64,000 nt of DNA, taken from Planctomycetota bacterium (lineage in GTDB: Bacteria; Planctomycetota; UBA1135; UBA2386). Both the position numbers and the translations under genes were made by a program. The stretch is from NCBI GenBank assembly GCA_965223545.1, contig OZ245006.1, positions 448,001 to 512,000 of the forward strand. Direction: 5' to 3'. A model generated the notes under the pieces. That model searched no databases. It saw only the letters and a program-made list of their open reading frames with translations, and was not told the DNA's origin. Of the stretch, positions 46,489 to 56,241 are shown piece after piece. How positions within the stretch are numbered: position 1 is the stretch's first letter; each line of letters opens with the position of its first letter.

Positions 46489-48795
46489 TCAGCGCCGCTG
46501 CGCCGCCTCGATACGCGCCAGGACCGCCCGTGCCTCGTCACCGAACTCCGGCGCGAGTGCCGCCGCGGTGCGCAGCGTCGCCACCGCCTCGTCGGTCTTG
46601 CCCAGATCCATCAACACCCCGCTCAGCTCGATCGAGGCCACCGCCAACCGGCGCCGCACGCCGGGCCCCCTGGCACTGGCCTCGCGCAGGGCCGGCAACA
46701 CCCGGCGGTAGAGCATCTCCAACAACTCGAGCCGCCGCGTCTCGCGCAACGTCGCGAGCAACCGTTGGTCGAGCAGCCGGTGCGTTCCCGGTGGGTAGAG
46801 CACGTCGAGGGTGGCGCGCGCCTCCGCCAACCGGCCGTGCCGGGCCGCCAACGCGGCGTGGCGAAAACCGGACTCGCTGTCGTGCGGCGTGGGCGCGAAC
46901 GCCGCTGCCAGGCACTCGAGCGCGCGATCGACGTTCCCGAGCCCGGCGTAGGTGCGGCCGAGATAGCGCCAGACGATGGGTCGCCCCGGCGACCGCTGCC
47001 GCGCGTCCTCGAGCAGCACCAGCGCCTCGCGCTGCGCGTCGGCGGCCGCTTCGGGGTCGGCGAGCTCGTCGCGCAGCAACACCGCCCGCGCGTTGGCGAG
47101 CTGCGCGCTGACCAGGAGGACGCGCGCACTCGGCGGCGACGTGGCGCGCCGCTGTGACAGGGCGCGCTCGGCCAGCGTCAGCAGCTCATGCCGCGCGGCC
47201 ACCGGCAGCGCGCCGGCCTTGGCCTCGGTCAGCGCCACGTATGCCACCAGCTGCTGCGCTTCGCGCCGCGCGAACGACCGTCGACTCTCGGCCCGGCGCA
47301 GGGCCTCCATGTCCGGCTCTCCCGCCGGCCGGGCCAAGGCCGCGCCCAAGTCGCGCGCGGTGTGCCACGCCGGCAGCTGCAGCGCGTAGAACCCGCCGAT
47401 CGCGGCGACCGCCGCCGCTCCGGCCAGGGCGGCGCCGATGCGGCGGCTGAGGACACCGGCGACCGCGCACCGCCCATCGACCGCGGCCAACCACGCGGCG
47501 ATGGTGAGCTCCAGCGACCAAACGTCGGGGTTGAAGCACGAGAACACCGCGACCGCAGCGACGGCGCCCCAGAGCAGGCCGCGGCACGCACCGCTCCGCG
47601 CCTGGCCGAGCGCCGTGCGCAGGCCGAGCACCAGCGTGGTCAGCAGCGCCCCGCCGCCGAGGACGCCCGTCGCCACGAACCAGCCGAGCAAGACGTGGTG
47701 CGGATGGTCGAACCAGTGCGGCAAACGCACCAACGCCGCGCTGTAGTGCCGGTCGAACGGCAGGTAGAACGCCTCCTGGCCCCACCCCCACCACGGCCGC
47801 TCGGCGAATGCAGCGCCTCCGATGCGCCACAGCTCGCCGCGCAGGGCGAGCGCGTCGCCGACCCGCAACAAGCGGTGCAGACCGGGCACCCCTTCGATCG
47901 CTCCACCGGCCAGGGCGAAACCGACCAGAGCGAGCATGGCGGCGACCGCCCCACCGACGATCCATCGCGTTCGGGCTCGAGCGCCGGCTCCTCGCCAGCA
48001 GACATGTGCGCCCGCCAGCCCGACGCCGACCAACAGACCGAGCTGGGCCGATCGCGTGCCGCTCAACCACACCGAGAGCGCGAGCAACAGGGCCAGCCCC
48101 CGGCCGGCGTAGCGCGCCGGGCGGCCACCGGTGGTCGACAACCAGACCGCGACGAAGACGTGCACCATCGCGTAGACGCCGAGCTCCACCGGGCTGCCGA
48201 TCCACGCGTCGGCGCGAAACGCGCCGACGTGCGCCGGGCTGGCACCGGATGCCGCCAGCGGCCGCGGCAACGGCAAGTCGAACACCACCGCCGCTGCCTG
48301 AACCACCGCCGAGCCGGCGACGAGCGCGCACACACAGACCGAGGTCCACGCCAACCGCCGCCACCACCGCGGCGCATCGAGCAGCACGCGCGCCAGCAGG
48401 GCGAACACGAGCAGACCGAGCAAGCCGACGGTGCCTCCCATCCGCTCCAACGTGCTGTGCGTCGACAGCTGGGGATCGGGCCCCAGCGCGTTGGCGGCGC
48501 CCGCGATCACGACGAACGCGACGGCGCACCGCAGCGGCCATGCCAACCGCGGCACCGCGACAGCGCGCAGCCAGACGGCCGCGGCGGTGCCGACCAGCAG
48601 CACGACCAGCAACGCGCGGAAGGCGAAGTGCCGCGCGGTCACGAACGGGTAGGCGTGCGGGGGCCAGCCCCACTCGCCGGCGACGACGAGTGGCAAGAAC
48701 GCCACCGCGAACACACCGGCGCGCAGGGCAGCCACCAGAATACCCCCAGCACCCGCGGCCGGCCCGCGAGCTGAGATGACGGACGGTGTCGGCAC
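46489..48795 (-). CDS. O-antigen ligase (Wzy_C/WaaL-like) membrane protein with C-terminal TPR-like repeats
   Basis: Multiple TM segments; SGTRSA, R..LW...PWWGWG, DHPHH; helical C-terminal repeats. Start approximate. Confidence 0.8.
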   Translation of the reverse strand: MPTPSVISARGPAAGAGGILVAALRAGVFAVAFLPLVVAGEWGWPPHAYPFVTARHFAFRALLVVLLVGTAAAVWLRAVAVPRLAWPLRCAVAFVVIAGAANALGPDPQLSTHSTLERMGGTVGLLGLLVFALLARVLLDAPRWWRRLAWTSVCVCALVAGSAVVQAAAVVFDLPLPRPLAASGASPAHVGAFRADAWIGSPVELGVYAMVHVFVAVWLSTTGGRPARYAGRGLALLLALSVWLSGTRSAQLGLLVGVGLAGAHVCWRGAGARARTRWIVGGAVAAMLALVGFALAGGAIEGVPGLHRLLRVGDALALRGELWRIGGAAFAERPWWGWGQEAFYLPFDRHYSAALVRLPHWFDHPHHVLLGWFVATGVLGGGALLTTLVLGLRTALGQARSGACRGLLWGAVAAVAVFSCFNPDVWSLELTIAAWLAAVDGRCAVAGVLSRRIGAALAGAAAVAAIGGFYALQLPAWHTARDLGAALARPAGEPDMEALRRAESRRSFARREAQQLVAYVALTEAKAGALPVAARHELLTLAERALSQRRATSPPSARVLLVSAQLANARAVLLRDELADPEAAADAQREALVLLEDARQRSPGRPIVWRYLGRTYAGLGNVDRALECLAAAFAPTPHDSESGFRHAALAARHGRLAEARATLDVLYPPGTHRLLDQRLLATLRETRRLELLEMLYRRVLPALREASARGPGVRRRLAVASIELSGVLMDLGKTDEAVATLRTAAALAPEFGDEARAVLARIEAAQRR

Positions 48796-48985
48796 GCGGG
48801 CAGATTCTGTCGGTCCGGTGCGCGTGGGAAAAGCGGGGTCGACCGCCAAGCCAGCCCACGCACGGGTGGTGATGCTGGTCGGGAGCTGAGTCTCGGCGAG
48901 TTTCGTGGCCCACCGGGCGGCGCTCGGTCGTTGCCCAGACCGACGGCGAACAACCGCCGCCCCAACCCAACCCCCTACCGAGAAC

Positions 48986-50863
48986 ATGAAGGACCGCCGC
49001 CAGTCCGCCCTCCGCATCCGCCAAACCGCCGCCGAGCTCGCGCGCAGCCGCCCCCACGAGCCACAACAGGCCAACGACGAGGAGTACCGCTATCGCTTCG
49101 ACAGCGGCGACTCTCGCGAGGGTCAACCCAGCTTCATCGGCAGGTTCACCAAGGGGTTGCCGCACGACGACGACGGATTCTTGCTCGACCCGCGCGACTA
49201 CGACGACTTCAGCGAGGCGATCGAGTCCGGCAGCTACGAGGAGTTCCGGCGAGTACGCATCGGACCGCGCGACGCCGCCAACGGGGACCGGGACACCGAC
49301 ACGCTGCGCAATCCGCCGGCGGCGCCGACCTGGCACGCCAACCCGGACGGTGCGCCGGTGCGCAAGTGGGAGAGTCCCACCGCTGGCCATTGCTACGACC
49401 TCGAGGGACCGGACGCACAGGCCCTCGCGACCCCGCCCGCGCCGGAGCTCGACTCCGACGAGCTGATCGCCGAGGTCGCCGAGGTCTACGCGATGGCGCT
49501 GTTGCGCGACGTGCCGTTCGGCGCCTTCGGCAGCGATGCGCGGGCCGCCGAGGTCCTCGACGCGCTGGCACAGCTGCGCTGGTTCGGCCACGACCCGATG
49601 CCGGCGCTGTCCCCCGCCGAGGCCGCGCGGCGGCGGTGCCTGGTCGACGCCAAACCGACCGATCTGTTCCGCGGAATCACCGCTGGCGACCGGGTCGGTC
49701 CATATCTCTCGCAGTTTCTGCTGGTCGGCAGCGGACCGCGGGGCGCGGCGACGACCGACGCCGGCCTGCGTTCGGGCCAGCTGGACTACGGTGCGGTACG
49801 CGTCGACCTGCGCGTGCGCGAGGCCACCCCGGGGCTCGATTTCATGACCCTGTGGACGGCGTGGCTCGACGTGCAGAACGGCGTTGCGCCGCAGCTGCCA
49901 CCGGGGGCGTTCGTCACCCGCGACGACGGGACCGCGAGCTACAAGCACCTCAGCACACCGCGCGACATGGCGACCTACGTGCACTACGACCAGCTGTACG
50001 AGGCCTACCTCAACGCCGCGCTGCTGCTGCTGGAGATCGGCGCGCCGTTCGACCGCGGCCTACCGCTCAACGACGAGCCGACCCAGACAGGCTTCGCCAC
50101 GTTCGGCGGCCCGCATCTGTTGGCCCTACTGACCGAGGTGTCGTCGCGCGCCCTGAAGGCGGTGCGCTACCAGAAGTTCAACGTGCACCGGCGGCCGCGG
50201 CCGGAGGCGATCGGCGGCCTGCTCGACCTGTTCGACCGCAATCCGGCCGCGCCGCACGGCGTCGCCGTGATCGGCAAGCTGCACGCGGCGATGCAGGACA
50301 CCGGCCTGCTGGATGCGGTGCGGACGCTCAACCAGGGCCACAACGGGGCCCCGGAGTCGCCGCTCGACCGCGCCGCGGCGGTGCTTCTGCCGATGGCGTT
50401 CGCCGAGGGATCGCCGATGCACCCGGCGTACGGAGCGGGGCACGCCACGGTCGCCGGCGCCTGCACGACGATCCTGAAGGCGTGGTTCGACTGCGACCAC
50501 GAGCTCGGCTTCGCCTACCAGGCGAGCGACGACGGCGCGACGCTGGAGGACGTGAGCGCGCAAATGGACGGCCGCCTGACCGTCGGCGGCGAGCTCGACA
50601 AGCTGGCCGCCAACATCTCCATCGCCCGCAACATGGGAGGCGTGCACTACTTCACCGACTACTGGGAATCGCTGCTGCTGGGCGAGAAGATCGCGCTCGG
50701 CATCCTCGAGGAACAGAAGCTGACGTATCCGGAGTCGTTCCGCTTGACGGTACCGCGGTTTCGCCCCGCGCCGACCGAAAAGCCGGTCTTGCTCGCCCAG
50801 GAGGCGCGCCGCGTGACCGACGCCGGCAAACGGGGCAAGCGCAAGCCCCGCGTCGGCGCGTAG
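48986..50863 (+). CDS. Vanadium-dependent haloperoxidase (bromoperoxidase-like)
   Basis: FTKGLPHD; QKFNVHRRPRPE; HPAYGAGHATVAGAC; NISIARNMGGVHY vanadate-binding motifs. Confidence 0.93.
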   Translation: MKDRRQSALRIRQTAAELARSRPHEPQQANDEEYRYRFDSGDSREGQPSFIGRFTKGLPHDDDGFLLDPRDYDDFSEAIESGSYEEFRRVRIGPRDAANGDRDTDTLRNPPAAPTWHANPDGAPVRKWESPTAGHCYDLEGPDAQALATPPAPELDSDELIAEVAEVYAMALLRDVPFGAFGSDARAAEVLDALAQLRWFGHDPMPALSPAEAARRRCLVDAKPTDLFRGITAGDRVGPYLSQFLLVGSGPRGAATTDAGLRSGQLDYGAVRVDLRVREATPGLDFMTLWTAWLDVQNGVAPQLPPGAFVTRDDGTASYKHLSTPRDMATYVHYDQLYEAYLNAALLLLEIGAPFDRGLPLNDEPTQTGFATFGGPHLLALLTEVSSRALKAVRYQKFNVHRRPRPEAIGGLLDLFDRNPAAPHGVAVIGKLHAAMQDTGLLDAVRTLNQGHNGAPESPLDRAAAVLLPMAFAEGSPMHPAYGAGHATVAGACTTILKAWFDCDHELGFAYQASDDGATLEDVSAQMDGRLTVGGELDKLAANISIARNMGGVHYFTDYWESLLLGEKIALGILEEQKLTYPESFRLTVPRFRPAPTEKPVLLAQEARRVTDAGKRGKRKPRVGA

Positions 50864-51043
50864 CGGTCAGCTCGCCGGATCTCTCGATCGGCGCCGCAAG
50901 AAGGACGAGTCGCGGAACGCTGCGGCCTCGGGGCCGTAGATCAGGCCGCGCGACCCGCGGTCTCCGGTCGCCGGCTTTCGCTGGCCGACTGAGGAAGCCG
51001 CGCTTGCGCACTGGCACCGCGCATTCAAGACTCGTCCCTGCCC

Positions 51044-53512
51044 ATGAGCATCCTTCGCCGCTACACGCGTTGGCTCCACACTCGCTGGCCTGCCGGCGTG
51101 GTCGAGAAGCTGCCTCAGGTCGAGCCCGACGGCTCCACCAACGTCGCCGGCCTCTACGTGGTCGGCGACCTCACCGGGGTGCCGCTGCTCAAGTTCTCGG
51201 CCGACAGCGGCGCGCGCGCGGTGCGGACGATCGCGGACGACCCCGCGTTCCAGCGCGACCGCGACGCCGGCGGCGAAGGGGTGCGCGATCTGGTGATCAT
51301 CGGCGGCGGCGTGTCCGGGTTTGCCGCCGCGCTCGAAGCCGATGGGCGTGGCCTGGACTTCGTCCTCCTGGAAGCGACCGAGCCGTTCTCGACGATCGTC
51401 AACTTCCCCAAGGCCAAGCCGATCTACACCTATCCCACCGAGATGGTGCCGGAGGGTGATCTGCAGTTCCGCGCCGAGGTCAAGGAGCCACTGCTGGAGG
51501 AGCTGCGCGAGCAGACCACGGCGCGTGGGATCGAGCCCGTCCAAGCCCGCGCGGAGCAGGTGCGGCGGCACGGCGAGGTGCTCGAGGTCGCGCTGGCCGA
51601 CGACGCGCCACTGCGTGCGCGGCGCGTCATCGTCGCCATCGGGCGCTCCGGCAACTTCCGCAAGCTGGACGTGCCCGGCGAGGAGCTGGACAAGGTCAGC
51701 AATCGACTGCACGACCCCAAGGACTACGCCGGCATGGACGTGCTGGTGGTCGGCGGCGGCGACAGCGCGCTCGAGACGGCGATCGCCCTGGCGCAGTGCG
51801 GCGGCCGCGTCACGCTGTCCTACCGCGGCCGAGAGTTCTCTCGACCGAAGCCGGACAACATCGAGCGGATCGAGGCGTTGCAGCGCGATCCGGCGGCGGA
51901 CGTCGATCTGGAGGCGCCGAGCTCGGAGCGGATCTCGACCAGCTCCGGGGCGTTCCTGGGTCGCGGTCGGCAGCGCGGCAGCATCGATCTCGCGCTCGGC
52001 ACGACGCTGCAGCGCATCGGCGCAGACGAGGTCGTGCTGCGCTCGTCGGAAGGCGGCGAGCGCACGCTGGCCAACGACGCGGTGTTCGCCATGATCGGCC
52101 GCGAGGCCCCGCTCGACTTCTTCCGCCGCAGCGGCGTCAAGATCCGCGGCGAGACGCGCGGGCTCGAATGGGCGCCGATCGCGCTGTTCTTCGTCCTCAT
52201 CTGGCTGCTCTACGACTGGAAGAACGAGGGCTTCCTCTACCAGGCGCTGCCCGCACTGGCACAGCCCGACACGTTTCCGCAGAGTGTCCCCGACACGCTG
52301 GCGTCGCTCGGCAACTGGTGGCGTGCGCAGCTGGCGGACCGCACGACGGTGCTGGGGACGCTGTCGGTGTCGATGAGCGGCAAGGCGTTCTACTACACGC
52401 TGCTGTACTCGCTGGCGATCGTGTGGTTCGGGATCTTGCGCATTCGCCGCCGGCGCACGCCCTACGTCCGCCTGCAGACGCTGACGCTGATCGGCGTGCA
52501 GGTCATGCCGTTGTTCTTGCTGCCCGAGCTGATTCTGCCGTGGCTGGGCTACAACGGCTGGTTCGACGGCGGCATCGGCGCGTGGTTCGCGGATTCGTTC
52601 TTCGAGCTCTACATCTCGCAGCAGGACTGGGCCGCCGACCGCTGGCCGGACGGCTATCACCCGCGGGCCTACTGGCGGGCCTACGGCTTCGTGCTGGCCT
52701 GGCCGCTGATGGTCTACAACATCTTCACGCCACAGCCGATTTGGCCGTGGATCGTGCTCGGCTTCGCCCAGACGTTCGTATTGATCCCGCTCCTCGTGCG
52801 CAGGTGGGGCAAGGGCGCCTACTGCGGTTGGATCTGCTCGTGCGGCGGACTGGCGGAGACGATGGGCGACTCGCTGCGCTACAGGATGCCGCACGGTCCG
52901 CGCTGGAACCGGCTCAACATGGTCGGCCAGTGGATCCTCGGCATCGCGTTCGTGCTGCTGGGCCTGCGGATCTGGGGATGGCTCAACCCCGGCGGCGCCA
53001 TCGACGGCGTGTTCATGGCGTTGGTCGAGGGCGGCGTCAACGCGGACGGCAAGCTGGTCCAACCGGTGAGCTGGAAGTGGGGCGTCGACGTGCTGCTCGG
53101 TGGCATTCTGGGCGTCGGGCTCTACATCAAGTACTCGGGCCGCGTCTGGTGCCGCTTCGCCTGCCCACTGGCCGCGCTGATGCACATCTACGCGCGCTTC
53201 TCCAAGTTCCGCATCTTGTCCGACAAGAAGAAGTGCATCTCCTGCAACGTCTGCACCTCGGTCTGCCACATGGGCATCGATGTGATGGGCTTCGCCAACA
53301 AGGGCGTGCCGATGGAGGATCCGCAGTGCGTGCGCTGCAGCGCGTGCGTCCAATCCTGTCCGACCGGAGTGCTCGAGTTCGGCCGCGTCGACCCCGCTTC
53401 GGACGAGATCATCGGCCGCGATCGGCTGGCGGCGTCACCGGTGCGCAGCAGCGAGGGCAATCCCACCGCTGCGGACTGTGCGCTGGCGCAGCTGCGCGGG
53501 GGGCGGGGGTGA
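51044..53512 (+). CDS. FAD/NAD(P)H oxidoreductase (TrxB/YpdA-like) fused to a polytopic membrane 4Fe-4S domain (NapH/FixG-like)
   Basis: IIGGGVSG, VVGGGDSA; TM region; YCGWICSCG, WCRFACP; two CxxCxxCxxxC motifs. Confidence 0.88.
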   Translation: MSILRRYTRWLHTRWPAGVVEKLPQVEPDGSTNVAGLYVVGDLTGVPLLKFSADSGARAVRTIADDPAFQRDRDAGGEGVRDLVIIGGGVSGFAAALEADGRGLDFVLLEATEPFSTIVNFPKAKPIYTYPTEMVPEGDLQFRAEVKEPLLEELREQTTARGIEPVQARAEQVRRHGEVLEVALADDAPLRARRVIVAIGRSGNFRKLDVPGEELDKVSNRLHDPKDYAGMDVLVVGGGDSALETAIALAQCGGRVTLSYRGREFSRPKPDNIERIEALQRDPAADVDLEAPSSERISTSSGAFLGRGRQRGSIDLALGTTLQRIGADEVVLRSSEGGERTLANDAVFAMIGREAPLDFFRRSGVKIRGETRGLEWAPIALFFVLIWLLYDWKNEGFLYQALPALAQPDTFPQSVPDTLASLGNWWRAQLADRTTVLGTLSVSMSGKAFYYTLLYSLAIVWFGILRIRRRRTPYVRLQTLTLIGVQVMPLFLLPELILPWLGYNGWFDGGIGAWFADSFFELYISQQDWAADRWPDGYHPRAYWRAYGFVLAWPLMVYNIFTPQPIWPWIVLGFAQTFVLIPLLVRRWGKGAYCGWICSCGGLAETMGDSLRYRMPHGPRWNRLNMVGQWILGIAFVLLGLRIWGWLNPGGAIDGVFMALVEGGVNADGKLVQPVSWKWGVDVLLGGILGVGLYIKYSGRVWCRFACPLAALMHIYARFSKFRILSDKKKCISCNVCTSVCHMGIDVMGFANKGVPMEDPQCVRCSACVQSCPTGVLEFGRVDPASDEIIGRDRLAASPVRSSEGNPTAADCALAQLRGGRG

Positions 53513-53559
53513 AGCGAGGGTGAGGAAGTGATGAACGGGAGCCTGGCTCCGTACGTTCA

Positions 53560-56148
53560 CTAGAGGCCGATGGTGAGGTGGAGGGCGTTGGTGAGCGAGG
53601 CGACGCCGAACAGTGCGCCGCCGGGATCGGTGACGCCGAACTGGGTGAACAGGCGGGCGCCGAGCAGAGCGGGATTGGTGGGGATGGGCATCGGCGCGAC
53701 CGCCCGGCCCGCGGGGTCGGTCGACACCGCGGCGATCGGCATTGCCGGCGCGCGGAGCAGCAGTGCGCAGCCGGCGGTGCCCAGCCGGCGTCGGTCGGGC
53801 TGGGTCGAGATCAGCAGCGCGGCGGTGGTGTTGGGTGGCGCCGCCGCGAGCTCGAGGGCGAAGCCCGCGGTGCCGGGGCGGGGCAGGCCCAGCGCACGCG
53901 CGCTCGGCGCGGTCCCGCTGGATCCGGCGCAGCCGCTGCCGTAGGCCTGCGCCAGGGCGATGGTCGGTCCCGGGACCACGGCGAAGGACCAGACAGCCCC
54001 CTCGAGCCAGCGCACGCCGTCGGTCGTGTCGACCCGCCAGAACCAGCTGCCGTTGCCGAGCAGCGGGGTCGTCCACCAGTTGTTCGCAACGAGACCTTGG
54101 TCGGCCGCGGGCGCGCCATCGCGCACGTCGGCGTAGACTGACGAGAAGTAGACGCGGTGGTTGACCGCGGTTGGCGCCGGCCTCCACGTCAAGACCACGG
54201 CGGACGTGTTGCGCGTCGACAGGTGGTCCGGGATCGGGTTGGCCGTCGGGCCGAAACCGGCGGCGAGGGCGCGGACTTCCCCCACCGTCAGATCGCGGCG
54301 CCAGATCCGGATCTCGTCGAGCACACCGCCGAACGTCCGCGAAGCGCTGTGCGGGTCCCGACCGATGTTCAACTCATCGTCGAACGCCTCGACGGCGTGG
54401 GTCGCCGCGTTGGTAGCGGTGCGCAGCCCGCTGCCGTCGTCCATCATGAGGGTCGCCGCGGTCGGCGTCACCCGCAGCGCGACGAAGGTCCAACGCCCGT
54501 CGGGCACCACGAGGCCGGAGTTCCACTGCCAGTGGCCACCGCCCCAGTGGTAGCGCAGCTCGTTGGCGGTGCCGAAGTTGATCCCCGCGGTCGTGCTGCC
54601 CCCGCGGCAGAACACGATGCCCGCCCACCCGTTCTGCGCGCCGCTGCGCTTCACCCAGGCGGTGATCGTCACGCGGTCGATGCTCTGGTCGAGCGCGGCG
54701 GCCTGCAGACTGTCGTCGACGCCGTCCAGCGCGATGCCGCCGCCGATGCGGCCCGCGGCCCACACCGGGGCACCACTGGGTGCAGCGTGCCGCGCATAGG
54801 CCGACGAGTCTTTCGCCGGCGCCCCGGTGCCCTGGTCCAGGGTGTAGTGGGCCAACAGATCGTCCTCGCCAGTCAGCGCGGTGGCGACGTAACCCAAGCC
54901 CTCGCGGCCGGCGGTGTCGACGACCGAGTAGGAAAACCAATCGGACTGCGCGGTGGGCACTGCGGGGGGCGTGTAGAGCACCTCGTCGCGCCCACCGGGC
55001 CCGGTGCCCGGCGACACGGCAACCGCCCCGCCGAGCCGCGAGAAGCCGTCGACCGCGGCGATCGTCAACGCCTCGCCATTGGCATCGTGGTCGTTGTCGA
55101 GCACGTCGATGCGCAAAGGCCCGCTCTGCGGCGGATACGCCATCCGATCCAGACTGGCGCGCGGCGGGATCGGCGTGGGGTGTGGGCCGAGCCGGTCCAG
55201 CGACGCCGCGCGCGCACTGCGGTGCGCCAGCAACAGCGCCTGCTCGGGCCCGGACATCCGCGACAGGGCGTTGCCGGAGTTGATCGTCGGCCCCTCGGGC
55301 GTACCACCGTCGTAGTGGCCGAGCGACCAGTTGTGGCCGACCTCGTGCCGCCAGACGACCGTGAAGTCGCCCTCGACCGTCGCTCCGTTCGCCGAGTAGC
55401 CCGGGCTGCCGACCACGCCGACCGCCGCCAGCCCGCCGCCGGTCGCCGACGTCGCGACCAACGCGACGTCGTGGCTGCTGGACGGCAACACGCTGTTCCA
55501 TTGCCGGCCGATCTCACCCAACAGCGCATTCGTCGTCGTCATGCCCGCGTACGGATCGCGCTGCGACGCGGCGCGCACCACGACCCGGCCGAGGCGATGC
55601 AGCACGCTGGCGTCGCGGAGGTAGATCAGGTTCACGGTGTTGATCGAGTGCTCCACCATCTCCAGTGCCGCATCGACGTCGTTGTCGACCGAGAACTGGC
55701 TGTAGGGCAGATCGACGCCCACCTCGGCGGCCCACACGTCGCCGCCAGCGCCACCGGTGCCGGTGACGAAGGTCGGGTAGCGCGGCGTCCAACCATTCGA
55801 GGTGCGCAGGGTCGTCGACGTGCCGTTGTTGATCCACTCTGCACCGTCGGCAAACAGCACGTGATAGGGCGTCGAGCCATCCGCGCGCCGCACCGCCGAC
55901 GCCATCGCGCCGGGCAGCCCGGGCAGCGTGCCGATGTAAGTCCGTACCGGGCCCGGCTGGTGGGTGGCCAGCGAGCCGTCGGCCTGCTGTACGACGACAT
56001 TGAACGCTGGCCCTCGCGCGGTGTGCAGCGAGAACGACGCACGGTGCGACGTGGCCCCGTGCTGGACCGTCAGCTGAAACGAGGGGGGCGGCGACTGCGC
56101 GACCACCCCGGAGACGAGCAGCAGTGCCGTGTGCAGCGGTCGGAGCAT
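53560..56148 (-). CDS. Secreted reprolysin-like zinc metalloprotease with Ig/cadherin-like and LamG domains and a C-terminal extension
   Basis: Signal peptide; HEVGHNWSLGH; IDVLDNDHDANG; LamG (LDGVDD, TITAWVK, GVLDEIRIW). Confidence 0.87.
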   Translation of the reverse strand: MLRPLHTALLLVSGVVAQSPPPSFQLTVQHGATSHRASFSLHTARGPAFNVVVQQADGSLATHQPGPVRTYIGTLPGLPGAMASAVRRADGSTPYHVLFADGAEWINNGTSTTLRTSNGWTPRYPTFVTGTGGAGGDVWAAEVGVDLPYSQFSVDNDVDAALEMVEHSINTVNLIYLRDASVLHRLGRVVVRAASQRDPYAGMTTTNALLGEIGRQWNSVLPSSSHDVALVATSATGGGLAAVGVVGSPGYSANGATVEGDFTVVWRHEVGHNWSLGHYDGGTPEGPTINSGNALSRMSGPEQALLLAHRSARAASLDRLGPHPTPIPPRASLDRMAYPPQSGPLRIDVLDNDHDANGEALTIAAVDGFSRLGGAVAVSPGTGPGGRDEVLYTPPAVPTAQSDWFSYSVVDTAGREGLGYVATALTGEDDLLAHYTLDQGTGAPAKDSSAYARHAAPSGAPVWAAGRIGGGIALDGVDDSLQAAALDQSIDRVTITAWVKRSGAQNGWAGIVFCRGGSTTAGINFGTANELRYHWGGGHWQWNSGLVVPDGRWTFVALRVTPTAATLMMDDGSGLRTATNAATHAVEAFDDELNIGRDPHSASRTFGGVLDEIRIWRRDLTVGEVRALAAGFGPTANPIPDHLSTRNTSAVVLTWRPAPTAVNHRVYFSSVYADVRDGAPAADQGLVANNWWTTPLLGNGSWFWRVDTTDGVRWLEGAVWSFAVVPGPTIALAQAYGSGCAGSSGTAPSARALGLPRPGTAGFALELAAAPPNTTAALLISTQPDRRRLGTAGCALLLRAPAMPIAAVSTDPAGRAVAPMPIPTNPALLGARLFTQFGVTDPGGALFGVASLTNALHLTIGL

Positions 56149-56192
56149 CGCTCTGGAAGATAGCGTCCCGTGGCCGCCGCGGAGCCCCCCGC

Positions 56193-56208
56193 CGGAATCG
56201 CGGTTGCG
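56193..56208 (+). promoter_or_regulatory. Possible sigma54 promoter upstream of the phosphatase-VOC pair
   Basis: CGGAATCGCGGTTGCG = GG-N10-GC with TTGC; the -24 element is imperfect. Confidence 0.35.
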
Positions 56209-56241
56209 CGAACGCACCGCGTGGCGGATCCTGCGAGCGGC

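Noticed and set aside
51012..51028. TGGCAC upstream of the flavoprotein gene as a sigma54 promoter
   Set aside because: The -12 position reads ATTC, not TTGC.
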